DNA from: Eutreptiella sp. 'Long Island Sound 2002'
Taxonomy: Eukaryota > Protista > Euglenida
Direction of reading: 5' to 3'
Assembly (NCBI GenBank): GCA_964036045.1
Contig: OZ038379.1
Coordinates: forward strand, 3,906,001-3,970,000
DNA length: 64,000 bases
Shown: one piece after another, positions 34,901-46,433 of the stretch
Layout: every line of letters begins with the position of its first letter
Position numbering within the stretch: position 1 is the first letter of the stretch
Made by a program: the position numbers and the translations under genes
Notes under the pieces: model-generated
The model's input: the letters and a program-made list of their open reading frames with translations, nothing else
Database searches by the model: none
Told to the model about the DNA's origin: nothing

Positions 34901-37114
34901 CTCACTGACAGAAAAATCTTTTCCCCACCGTCTGTGGACAGGCAATGTAGACCATTTCCTCCTGAAAATCCAAACCAGTGTGCACGAGGGAGGCTGGCAG
35001 CAACAGAGGGGTATTGGCAAAAGGTCCATTAAAACAGAGGAGCGGGGCTACAATCAATTCACTGAAAATCTCGACCTAAACGAAAGGAGCAGGCGGTCAA
35101 CCACAAAAGGCGGAGTAGGTTTGTTGGTTGGTACTCACAGTTTGATGAACTTGGGTGTGTTTCGTGCGGCTGCGTGCGGTTCTAGGAGAGTGCATGTGTG
35201 CGGGTTGGGGGGGAACGCGGTGCAGTTTGTGGGCAGCAGTGGAATGCCTGCCACTCCCCTGTCAGCACTGACAAGCATTCAGCCGTTCCCAGGCCGCGAA
35301 GTGTGAACGGAGTGGGGGGTTACCATCTTGACTCAGTAAGTGTGCCAGTTGGTACTTCCAGCTCATGAGAGCATGGCGAGCATGACCTCCTCACCCCTTA
35401 CCCCACCCCAGAGTTCTACTTAACAACACAGCACCAGTTGGGGAGGCGGGGTTGAGCCCGTGACCCCACGACCTACCCACCCACCTGGGCAAAATTTTCA
35501 TCCGCACATTGTGTAGCCTGGATATGCCACTGTCCTGGCATGACTTTGGGAGATGCCATTGCATGTCATAATTAAAGTTGCGGTCTTTGTGCCTTTGCCA
35601 AGTTTCGAAACATTCTTGGGTGTTGTTGTGTTGATAATACCAGATCATCAAAGGGAGCATTCCTCAAAGCTTTGGAAAAGGTCTTTTCAAAGCTTCATGG
35701 TCTGCCTTGTGACGTGTATGGCAGCTGTTGGTTACTGGGTGGATGTATTTGTGGGCCTGAAAAGAAATACTGGCCTCTGAGATTTCAGATCAGTATCCGG
35801 GGGGGGGGGGGAGAGTCCCCCCTGGACTGTCCTCACAACCAACCACCACCACGCCTTCAGTGGAACCCTGAAGCCCCCCCTCTTGACATGCCGCCCGGCC
35901 CTTGTCCTGCTGTGCACCCCGTCCGCCCCACGTCACAGTTCGGTTCGTCGTGCCACTGGTGCCGCCAGAAGACCATCGACCGCAAGGTGCAGTGCTCCAA
36001 CCCCGACTGCCTGAGCATCAGCACGTGGTGCGGCTCCTGCCTTTGGAACCGCCACCGCGAGGACATTTTGAGCGCCATCGACGACCCGGAGTGGCTGTGT
36101 CCCGCGTGCCTCGGAGAGTGCAACTGCTCCCTCGCAGGGCAGTTTGCGTGTGGGATGTACCGCCGTGGCAAGAGCAAGACCGGGGCGCTGAATTCCATCG
36201 CGGAGATCAAGAATGGCTCCATGACGCCGAATCAGTACATCCGCTTGAAGATGTACAAGGGCGAGGTGTGTGGTCCTGCTGCGGGCTGCAGGACACCTGA
36301 CGGTGTTCTCAGGGTCAGGGGGGCTGTTCAGGAAACAAAGTGGCTGTTTCACGTGTCACGGACAGCGGTCCGGTGTTTGAGTGGCAGAAAGGCGGCGATC
36401 CGACTGCCGCAACGGTCATCCAACCGCTGCCACAGTTGATTGACCACGGGTGGCACCCACGGACCGCCATTCATTTTGGCCCTCCCATTCATCCGATGTC
36501 CCCGAGTTTGCCACTTTTATCTTTTAGGATCACGGACAGCCCTGCAGTGTGCAACACCACGTAGAACCCACTGCTGCTGCCCCCTGATGGTGTGGTTTCG
36601 GGGCTGCGCTGTTTTGCTGTAGCATGCGCACGTCCCAGGGCGTTGTTTTGTAGTTAAGTTTTCCCCTTTTTTGTCAAGAGGTGTCAGCCTCCGAATACCA
36701 TCAGTTAACCCTTTCTTGCTTTTAGTATCATCATTGACCTCTTACCACCATTGGTTACGCTAACCGCCGTCGGTTATCTTCCAACCGCCGTTGGTTGCCA
36801 CTCAAGTGCTGTCCAATCGTGTGCCCAAATAGTGAGCTGGCGCAAGGATAGCCTGATTTTTTTTGTTTTTTTACTTTTCCTTGTTTATTTGTTTTCATTT
36901 ATTGATTCAAAAACGTCCTGGTGCGTGCCTCCACTTGCAGTTGGACTGGAATGACGCGCGATATGTGAGCGACTATGTGAAAGACAAGGCGGCAGCAGAG
37001 GGCTTGTCGCTGGAGCAATGGGCGCTGCAGTACCATGCGAAGCGCGGCACAGTCTCCGGCCGGATGGGCCTCTCACGCAGCGAGGAGGCGGCGAAGCTGA
37101 AGGCCCTCCCTTGA
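31991..37114 (+). CDS. CDCA7-like zf-4CXXC_R1 protein, join(31991..32390,32938..33200,35939..36265,36941..37114), 387 aa
   Basis: GT-AG introns with matching phases (1,0,0); 1164 nt = 388 codons. N-terminal FELERLATMARNKTVLADLGL and RRSRRLQG motifs. Zinc finger GSSCHWCRQKTIDRKVQCSNPDC...WCGSCLWNRH...DPEWLCPACLGECNCS...C, followed by KTGAL. Confidence 0.85.
33790..33865 (-). repeat. G-run/TAGG tandem (G-quadruplex-prone on the minus strand) in CDCA7-like intron 2
   Basis: (C6-10 TAC CT) units repeated about 6 times. Confidence 0.7.
33910..34315. repeat. Minisatellite, ~99-bp unit x4, built from ~15-bp ccgcctt(g/c)tgtgtg subunits; related monomer at ~41575-41725
   Basis: ttaaataac starts at 33910, 34009, 34108 and 34223. 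Confidence 0.92.
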
Positions 37115-38359
37115 GTCGGTTGTGCTGGCGGTTTGGCGGCCGCCTCCCTCTCAAACAGTGACCCGACGTTTGTTGACGCGCGGTGCGCCGCTGGGACGGC
37201 GTTCCATATGGAGCGGCCGCCCCGCGGTGTGCCCTGCCTTCCCCGTCCTCGCGGCTCTTGCGGCGTGGGCTTGCGTGTTTGTGTGTGTCGATCGGCTGCC
37301 TCAGGCCGCAAGGTAGTTACCCACCCGCCCGGCTGTTGGGCTGGTGTGTGGCCTGTGCTGATCTGGGAGCCCTCGTGGGGTTTCTCTCTGCCTCCTGACA
37401 GCATGTTTTTTAAGGAATGCACCGGTATTTGTGCAGGACCCGTGGCAACGCCGGATGTTGGTTGTCCGTCGATGTCAGTTGGTTGTTGTGAATGTTGGTT
37501 CCTCGGGTGTGCTGGGAGCTCAGCTTACCCCTGCTGAGCTGTGTCCGCGTGAGATCCGGTGGTTTCCTTTTTTCAAAGCTTGCTGTCTCTGATTGGGCCT
37601 ATTAGGCGTCAGGGGCGGGCTGTGAGTTCTTCAACTCCCCGCCCCTGTCCTCAACAGAGTATTCCTACCTGCTCAGACAAACCCTGGTTTATGGGCTTTG
37701 CCTGCCATGCCTCGTCAGGCTTAGCTTCCATGGGAGCTTTCAGCTCCAAACGAGTCGTAGCTCCCAGGCACTGCGATTGCATCCTCCTCCCGTCCACCCT
37801 GTTTACTCCATCATGCTTTTGTCGATTACAGGCAGGAACCCCCGCCCAATTCAGGTGGCTTTATGACAAGGGTTCACTGACATCCCAATTTTGCTGTTCC
37901 CATCTCACCATCAGCCCTTGATGCATTAGTGAGATGCTATGAAGTGCTGTGGGTGCATGAGAAGTATTATTTTGACCTTTATGGCACACAAATACAGGTT
38001 TACATGCCACGACACAGGGGTGAGTCAATTCCCGAGACCGTTCACCTGAGATTGTTGTTTTTCAACCTCAGGGTTTTGGAGGTTTGCCTCCCAAGTGATG
38101 TATGTTTCTCACGTATGAGAGCCTTTTTTGTAGGCATATTACCGCTCTCCGCTTTGGAGACCCCAATGCTGCAGGGGTTGTGCACCCATGTTACTCCTCT
38201 GGATACCCAGCTGTTTTCAGGCACAAAGGAAAAACGGGGTTGGTTCCTGGTGACATAGTTGGACACGTGCATACGTGGTACAGGCATCCCCTCCAACACT
38301 GGCAGTGGTGACATGCAGTGCACACACACCAAAGTGTACAGTATTTTTGCTGATTTTGA

Positions 38360-39340
38360 ACAACGCGACGCGTCAATTCGCCTAAAAGATTGGCTCTGGT
38401 GTTGTTTCTCCTGCACCCTCATGTAATCATTTCATTCATTCATTCCGTCCAAAAGAAGGGTGGAGCGGTAATGACCAATATCAGCCCTCTCGGCACGCCC
38501 AAATTGAACAAAATCGGCCCCTCAGCGGATCCAGGGGGAGGGGGTATGTATTCGTTTTTCGCTTTTTTCCGAAATCTTATTTTTTAGCACTTATCTTTTT
38601 TTTGGCATAAAAAAAAAGAGTTTGCGCTCAAAAAAAAGATTCCGCGCTAAAAAAAAAAGATTCTGTGCTAGAAAAAAAAGATTCCGCGTGAACAAAGCGA
38701 CGCGTCAATTCGCCTAAAAGATTTGCTCTGGTGTTGTTTCTCCTGCACCCTCATGTAATCATTTCATTCATTCATTCCGTCCAAAAGAAGGGTGGAGCGG
38801 TAATGACCAATATCAGCCCTCTCGGCACTCCCAAATTGAACAAAATCGGCCCCTCAGCGAATATAGGGGGAGGGGGTATGTATTCGTTTTTCGCTTTTTT
38901 CCGAAATCTTATTTTTTAGCACTTATGTTTTTTTTAGCATAAAAACAGGGGTCGCGCTCAAAAAAAAGATTCCGCGCTAAAAAAAAAGATTCTGTGCTAG
39001 AAAAAAAAGATTCCGCGTGAACAAAGCGACGCGTCAATTCGCCTAAAAGATTTGCTCTGGTGTTGTTTCTCCGGCACCCTCATGTAATCATTTCATTCAT
39101 TCATTCCGTCCAAAAGAAGGGTGGAGCGGTAATGACCAATATCAGCCCTCTCGGCACGCCCAAATTGAACAAAATCGGCCCCTCAGCGGATATAGGGGGA
39201 GGGGGTATGTATTCGTTTTTCGCTTTTTTCCGAAAACTTATTTTTTAGCACTTATTATAAAAAAAAAGAGTTCGCGCTCAAAAAAAAGATTTCGCGCTAA
39301 AAAAAAAGATTCTGTGCTAGAAAAAAAAAGATTCCGCGGT
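38360..39340. repeat. Near-identical tandem triplication of a ~330-bp unit with internal A8-GATTC(C/T)G subrepeats
   Basis: gcgacgcgtcaattcgcctaaaagatt starts at 38365, 38697 and 39026. Confidence 0.95.
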
Positions 39341-42014
39341 AAAAAAAGTTTTTTACATGATCATCAGCTTTTGTCGTAGTCTGGAGGTAGTTGCATGGAC
39401 AAGTTATGCAAGATCCACTGCACATCTTATGCGCTGTGCACAACAAATGCAAAGATGATTGGCGAAACAGCGATGAGGCTCTACGAACTCTCGTCTCATT
39501 TTGGCTGCAGAAAATCTATACAAAGCCCCACATTATTAAAAATCATTTGTGGCTTTTCGGCAATGGTTCTGATCGATATGTCTCTACTGGACATTGCACA
39601 ATTGGTCCCGCAAAAATCTGCACTACGTGCCCTCACTGACAAAAGTGCTAGCTGGCGGAAAGCGTTGCACCAAGCGCTGCAGAGGACACTCCATCATAAT
39701 GCACGCTACTCTTGCAATTAATCCTCAATTCGTTTCCCTAACGAAGGAGAACCTTTGTGAAAACCAAGTTCGCCTCCGAGTGCAAGATCGGTGACAAGAT
39801 GATCGATGTTGTCTCCAGAGGTGACTGCCCAACCGTGGCAACTGAACGTGATACTGCTTTTGTCCTCAATGGTACCGCCTGAGTCAACCAAGCCTTCTTC
39901 GATAGTTTCCAGGCGAGGCACGGAGATGCACTCACAAACCTCGACCGCCACATCAATATACATTCCAATTTGAGATGATGGTCAATGTGTCCAATTCTCG
40001 TGTTACACTTTGTCGTTTTGTCTTCGTGTGTTCTACTACTCTCTACGTAGGGTGGTTTGTTGTTTTTGTTGTGTTTTTGTCATTCAGCTCCGATGCTGCG
40101 ATCCTACATTACTGATAATCGTGGTATTTTTTGAAACGGAAAAATGTTTTCTGAAATAGTGCTCTCATAATATGATAATGCATTTGTGACTTTTGCAGAT
40201 AACGGATCCTTAATCTATTCCCCACAGCTACTATCTCGTATTGTTTTGAAAAGCATTTCGGTTCATGAGCACTTCCGTTGAATGGCAGCGGGGGTAGGAG
40301 ATTGCTTCCGATTTGGGGGTAGATTTGGGGGAAACAGCAGACATGCAATTCCATATTCCATAAGGCAAAGGGACCGGTTCATCCCCGGTGACCAGTTGAG
40401 CCCGACCCTGGGGATTATCAGGGCAGGGTGGGGATGAATAAGACACCCCCTGGGGATAAAAAGGGCACCCCGGGGGATAAAGAGGACACACCCTAAAATA
40501 CTACAAGCCATAAAAAGCTTGTGTAACTTTGCGGCGCTAATTTACGCAATTTCGCGCGGTATTATCTGGCGATTTACGGAATCGCCAGATGGATCTCGAT
40601 TATTTTTATAATGTTCAAAAGAATGTTTCTTTGATTATAAATCGTCATTTCCTTATAACATTATTTGCCTGACGATCCTGCGCCGCGACAGTGGGTGTCT
40701 AACTGGTCCCTTTACGTTACATCTAAAAGGACTGTTACTGAAAAATCCAAATCCAAATGACACATCGGGAGAAATGAACCTCATGAACCAAATAAATTTG
40801 ACGACGGTGAACAACTAGTTCTAACGGTGATCGTTTAATGTGCCAATGTGGTATTTTGTAGGAGGGTGCAAAAACTTTGAAAAACCGGGGACACAGGAGT
40901 TGGTCGACATCAACGAATTTTTTCACGCTGAAAAAGTGCAACTGCCCGAGCCCTCCGCAATTGGTATTTCCATTTCTATTCCTTTGCTTCTACTTTGTCG
41001 TGATGTAATGGTTTTGAGAAAAAAGGATTCATCAAATGCGACACTCTACGTAAAACAACACTTTCGCCCCATTTACACCGATTTCGGCCCAGAGCCTGGA
41101 GTGGACGATTTTCCTTTGAAAGTTTGAAAGTCTATTCAGCAAAAGCAAGATTTGCGTCTCAGATTTCAAAATGTTTCTTCCCTTATGTCTACACTGGCTC
41201 AGGCAGGCAGGGTGCTGAGCAAAGAAATAGCTCCGCGAAATAAGTAGGCCAAGTTAAAAAATTACACTCTTCGCTGTTTACTACATGCAAGTGCGTATTA
41301 CTTGGTAAATGGGATCTTTTGAAGCCATGTTTTGACGAGGCATTTAATCAAAGAATCGGCTGCCGTGCGCCGACACCGGCTTCAACCGGAAAGGTAGGAG
41401 GCGTTTCTGCCAAGCGCGTCTGGGTGACCTAACAATCTTGCCGTTCCCTGGATGTGGCAGGGCGAAAACATGAAAAGTTCTCCTGACCTTTAGGCCCCAG
41501 CCAGCCTAAGCTAGGTTGCCAAAAGGGAAACGGGGGTGTAGTGGCACTATCTCTGAAATTATCCCCCCCCCGTCTACTAACAACAAAACTTCTACAGTGG
41601 CCATAGACCGCCTTTTGTGTGTTCCGCCTTGTTCGTGCCCCACCTTTCCGTGTGTACGGCCTTGTATGTGCACCTTCTTCAGCGGTTACCGCCTTGCCCA
41701 CGGCTCCCTTAAATAACATGACTCGTGTGGTGTCCACACCCGCAAAGAGAAATGACGGATTAAACACTCAACAGATGGGGCAATAGCCACCGAACCCAAG
41801 TGTGATTCAATCCTGATTGGGTCCGGTGTGGCATATACTCCCTCGTGCTGACAGCACCAGAAGCACACATCAGAAGATTGTTTTGGAGAATAGAAACCTA
41901 ACAAATGAGTTGTTATTAGAGGTTCACACTAAATTGTTATGAGAGCTGCAAACATTCTATTGTTGTATATGTCCACCCTTTCCATCCACGCCACAACACA
42001 ACTCCGTGCGCCTA

Positions 42015-42149
42015 CATCTTTGGCTTGTTGGAATGATTTTTTCCCTATTGCTTCAAGCCAGTTCCCCTGACAACACACCAGCATCTTTGGCTTGTTGGAA
42101 TGATTTTTTCCCTATTGCTTCAAGCCAGTTCCCCTGACAACACACCAGC
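42015..42149. repeat. Perfect-looking tandem duplication, ~67-bp unit
   Basis: catctttggcttgttggaatg...gacaacacaccagc starts at 42015 and 42082. Confidence 0.9.
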
Positions 42150-43094
42150 GAGTGATATATACACACATATGGAGTATATATATACATATACACACCAACA
42201 ATGATATATGCTGCCACACCCTTCGGCACCCAAAAATCCTTTGCTTTTAGCACACCAAGTAGATGGCAACGCAAGCCTCGTGAACCTCTGCGCCCGATTG
42301 AACCGGATTGAAGCGGATTGACAAACGCAGCATATGTTAGATGTACCCATAGATGTACCTGTTGTCCGTTCCTGCATGTGCCACTGATTATATCCAAAAC
42401 ACCAACACGCACTGGTTGCACCTGATCAACATTACCCCCAAGGCAGCCACAATTCATCCCTCGGCAACCTCATTAAACTGAAAATGCACGGCAACCTCAT
42501 TAAACTGAAAATGCACGTGCCCCAATTGCACAAACTGTGGCCTGAAAACATTTGTGCATTTGGTACATAAGTGCATGAACGTTCCACTCTCTTGATGCCC
42601 TATTTCTCCCATGTGGTCGTGGCCAACAAGACCGTCACAGTCGCCACCCCAGGCGCTCACTAGCTGCTTTTGTCACACACCGTGCATGCAGTGAGAGGTC
42701 TAACGTTTCTAGCACTGTATTCATCAGCTGGTACCACCGTGTCCACTCCCAAATGTTCTGTCTGATACACACCTCTTGCTGGTTTCCACACAAGTCCACA
42801 CAAGAAAAGAAAACCAAACAAAAAAAATACACCATGCCCCCTTATGTGCCCTTTCACTCAACAAACAGGTGGAATGTATCTGCTTTCCGCCCCCCTGACA
42901 TTGTAACCATCAGCTGCCTTAGGGCCTTGAAAACTTGCTGCGTCCTTGCTTGTGTCAACACAAAATTTGTCCTTCCTGGTGATTGGACTTCCACACTGGT
43001 GTGCAGATTTTTTCTGCAGGACAGAAACAACTCATCAAACTTGTCTCTAATGGTGATTGGAGTCCAAATTGGCTGTCGAGTTTTTATTTTTCGC

Positions 43095-43495
43095 AGGACA
43101 AATAGTATTTAGGCAAATCCACAAATCCATAGGAATGATGCTTAGAGCCCTGCACAGCAGCTTGCTTGTTTCACCACAAAATTTATCCTTGCTGGTGCTT
43201 GGGTTTCCACACTGATGATCAAGTTTTTGGCAGGACAAAAACAATTTAGGCAGTTTCACCATGACATGCGACTTGCTTGTTTCACCACAAAATTTTTCCT
43301 TGCTGGTGCTTGGATTTCCACACTGGTGATCAGGTTTTTGGCAGGACAAAAACAATTTCGGCAGTTTCACCACAACATTTGTCCTTGCTGGTGATTGGGT
43401 TTCCACACTGGTTCTCAGGTTTTTCGCAGGACAAAAACAATTTAGGCAATGGCACGCAAAAATCCATAGGAATGACGCTTAGAATCCTGCACAGT
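43095..43495. repeat. Diverged tandem repeat, ~110-bp unit
   Basis: cttgcttgtttcaccacaaaattt occurs at 43161 and 43272, and gcaggacaaaaacaattt recurs three times. Confidence 0.75.
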
Positions 43496-43938
43496 GATAA
43501 CGCGCACATGGCAAAAAAAATGATCTGTTACTTCAAACAGTCGCGTTCATCAACCCATAGATATTAGCTACCAAATTTTTCGCTCGGAAACGGTATAAAA
43601 CAGACAGAGCAGCATCCAGTTCTCTGTCCCATCCAAAAAAAACTGTGATAGTGAATCAAGTGCCAACATTTGGTTAGACGTCGGTTTCGGTCAACCGGCG
43701 TTTGTACGAGCGCAAGAGCCGGGCATGCAAGGAAGGACTCCCTCCTTGTGACTCGTGCCCTTCCAGGATGCAACGCTTGTTTGCGCAGCGGGGAGTGCTT
43801 TAGCGGTAGCCTGCGGAGCAGAACAGGGCACTTTCGGTCGCTTCGTACAGGGCACAAGGCTTAAGGCAGGGCATTTAGCCCAACAGGCCCGATGTTTTAG
43901 GATGATTCAAAAAATATCTGCACCTGCTCGCCTGCCAT

Positions 43939-45969
43939 CTAATATGGCAGACCGGTGACGGGTGCGCCATAGGCCCCGGTGACGGGTGCGCCATAGGCCC
44001 CGGTGACGGGTGCGCCATAGGCCATAGGGGCGGCAGCGGTCACAGGGCCGCCGTATGCCATTGGGGCGGCGGTGACCGGAGCTGCGCCATAGGCGACAGG
44101 GGCGGCGGCAACAGGGGCAGCGGCAAACTGCTGGCCCTGCACGTACTGAGTGGGCAAGGTGGTGGGGGCACCACGGCCGTGGACAACCTGCTTAGAGACG
44201 ACCTGGCGGGTCACGTGCTCTGTGCGAGGCACAGGGACGGGCACCTGCACGACCTTCTCAACGACCTTCTCAACGATCTGCTCAACAGGCACGGGAACCT
44301 CGACGTGCTTGACGATCTCGACAGGCACCTGGACGGTCTCGACGACTGGGACAGGCACGTCGACGGGGACCTGCACGATCTTCTCCACAACCTTGTCGAC
44401 GACGACCTGGACTGGGCGGTCCACAATCTTCTCAACAGGCACAGGGACCTGGACGGGGGTTGGGACTGGGACCTGAACAGGGGTTGGGACTGGCACTGGG
44501 CGCTCCACGATCTTCTCAACGATCTGCTCCACAGGGTAAGGCACGTCGCGGGTGACGACCTTCTCCACAGGGACAGGGACCTGCACTGGGACCTTCTGGT
44601 ACTGGATCTGAGGAACGTGAACCACCTTCTCCACAATCTGCTCCACTGGGTATGGGACAGCCTTGTGGATGATACGCTCCACAGGGACGGGCACGCGACG
44701 CTCCACGATGACCTCCTGAGGAACTGGAACCTGAACAACTTCAGGGACGGTGACCTGGCGAGGCACCTGCACGACCTTCTCCACAATCTGCTCCACAGGG
44801 TAAGGCACGTCGCGGTTCACAATGACCTCGTGTGGGACGGGAACCTGAACGGTCTTCACCACCTCCTGGGGGACTGGGACGTCACGGGTCACGACGACCT
44901 CATGAGGGACAGGCACCTCAACGCGCTCAGGGACGACAACTTCATAGGGGACCTGCACCTGGCGCTCAACCACCTTCTGGACAGGGTAGGGGACCTGGCG
45001 CTGGACGACCTTCTCGACAGGGTAAGGCACCTGGCGCTGGACGACCTTCTCCACAGGGTATGGCACCTGAACGTGCTGAGGCACCTGGACGGGCACGTCA
45101 ACGGGGACCTGGCGGACGACCTCACGGGGCACATCGACGGTGACCTGGCGGATGACCTCCTTCATGACGGTGTAAGGCTCATGGCGGACAACCTCCTTCA
45201 TGACAGGGTGTGGCACTGGAACCTGCTCCACGACCTTCTTGGGGACAGGGACAGGAACCTCCACAGCCTGCTCAACGATCTGCTCCACGGGGACAGGGAC
45301 ACGCTTCTCAACGATCTGCTCCACAGGGTATGGCACCTGACGGTGCTGGATACGCTCAACTGGAACAGGAACCTCAACACGCTGAGGGACGGTCACCTGA
45401 CGTGGGACCGGAACACGTCGCTGCACAACACGCTCCACTGGCACAGGGACGGCGCGCTGCACAACCTTCTCGACAGGGACCACAAACTCACGCTCGATCA
45501 ACTCGATCTCGCGCTTGCGCTCCACGGGAACGTACTCAACGTGTCCGACGGCCTCCTTGCCGATCACACGCTGGCCAGCAAACTGAGCATCACCGCGAAG
45601 GACAGATGCGCCCACACCAGTGGCGTACCCAGCGGCGTAACCAGTGGCGCCAGCGGTGTAACCGGCGCCAGCGGTGTAACCAGTGGCGGGGTAGGCGGTG
45701 GCCAAGGACCCAGCCGAGTAGGCACCAGCGGCACCAGGGTAGGCACCAGCCGCAGCAGTCACTGGGTATGGGGAGGTGGTAGCAGCGCCAACGGTGGGAG
45801 CACCCACTGGGTACGCGGCACTAACGCCCTGAGAAAAAGGAAAAGGTAGTTGGTAGGGTGCTATGTCGTACAATCTCGCAGATCGAAATGCGATTTCGGA
45901 TGCATTTAGTAGTGATCAGATGCCAGGACAGGTGCATACCGTAGCAGGGAAAGAAGTTGGGTAGGACAT
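43939..45969 (-). CDS. Articulin (euglenid pellicle/epiplasm protein), complement(join(43939..45828,45940..45969)), 639 aa
   Basis: Exon 1 encodes MSYPTSFPAT, followed by a 111-nt GTATGC...ttttctcAG intron in phase 0. The central domain is ~12-aa VPVPVE(Q/K)IVE(K/R) repeats. The termini are Ala/Gly/Tyr/Pro-rich, ending in (Y)GAPVTGA repeats as in Euglena articulins. Confidence 0.92.
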
Positions 45970-46433
45970 GTTCGTTGCTGTAACAATAATGCAAATGCAA
46001 CGAAAGCGCGCTGGAACAGCAATAATTCGCACAATGCTATCTGATGCAATTCGTTACGCTGTGAAAAATAACAACGCACGTTGAAAATATCTTAATTGTA
46101 TTGTAAAATACATAGTGGGACTATGCAGATCAAAATTTTCCTTTGTTGAAGCCTGTGTTGACCATCGCTCTCGTCACCATGAGGAATGTCGCGGATGTGA
46201 AGGTTTCCGCAGCGCGATTCATCGCGGCCATGGCAAACGGGTTTTTAAGCCCCACAGCAAAGCCTGTATGGGAATGATTTACCTGACATCTTGCATCATG
46301 TAGCATAGTTCGGTACTTTTAGTACATTTTTTCCACGGCAGAGCCTGCAGTTAATGGTTTAACGACACTTGACCATTGGGTGTTTAGCATTTAGGCTGCG
46401 TACGTTCAGGTCGTTTTGTCCGGACCGTATGAC
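45970..46433. promoter_or_regulatory. 464-bp divergent (head-to-head) intergenic region
   Basis: It lies between the articulin ATG (45969, minus) and the Tes-like ATG (46434, plus). It is AT-rich yet keeps CpG and is free of the repeats that fill other intergenic DNA. Candidate acceptors occur on both strands (45978-45979 minus, 46408-46409 plus). Confidence 0.6.
45978..45979 (-). promoter_or_regulatory. Candidate trans-splice acceptor for articulin
   Basis: Minus strand reads ...gcatttgcattattgttacAG|caacgaacATG, leaving an 8-nt UTR. Confidence 0.5.

Noticed and set aside
44179-45849. 556-aa plus-strand ORF rich in D/L/H/N
   Set aside because: It is the antisense shadow of articulin. The biased Val/Pro/Glu/Gln codons rarely produce stops on the opposite strand.
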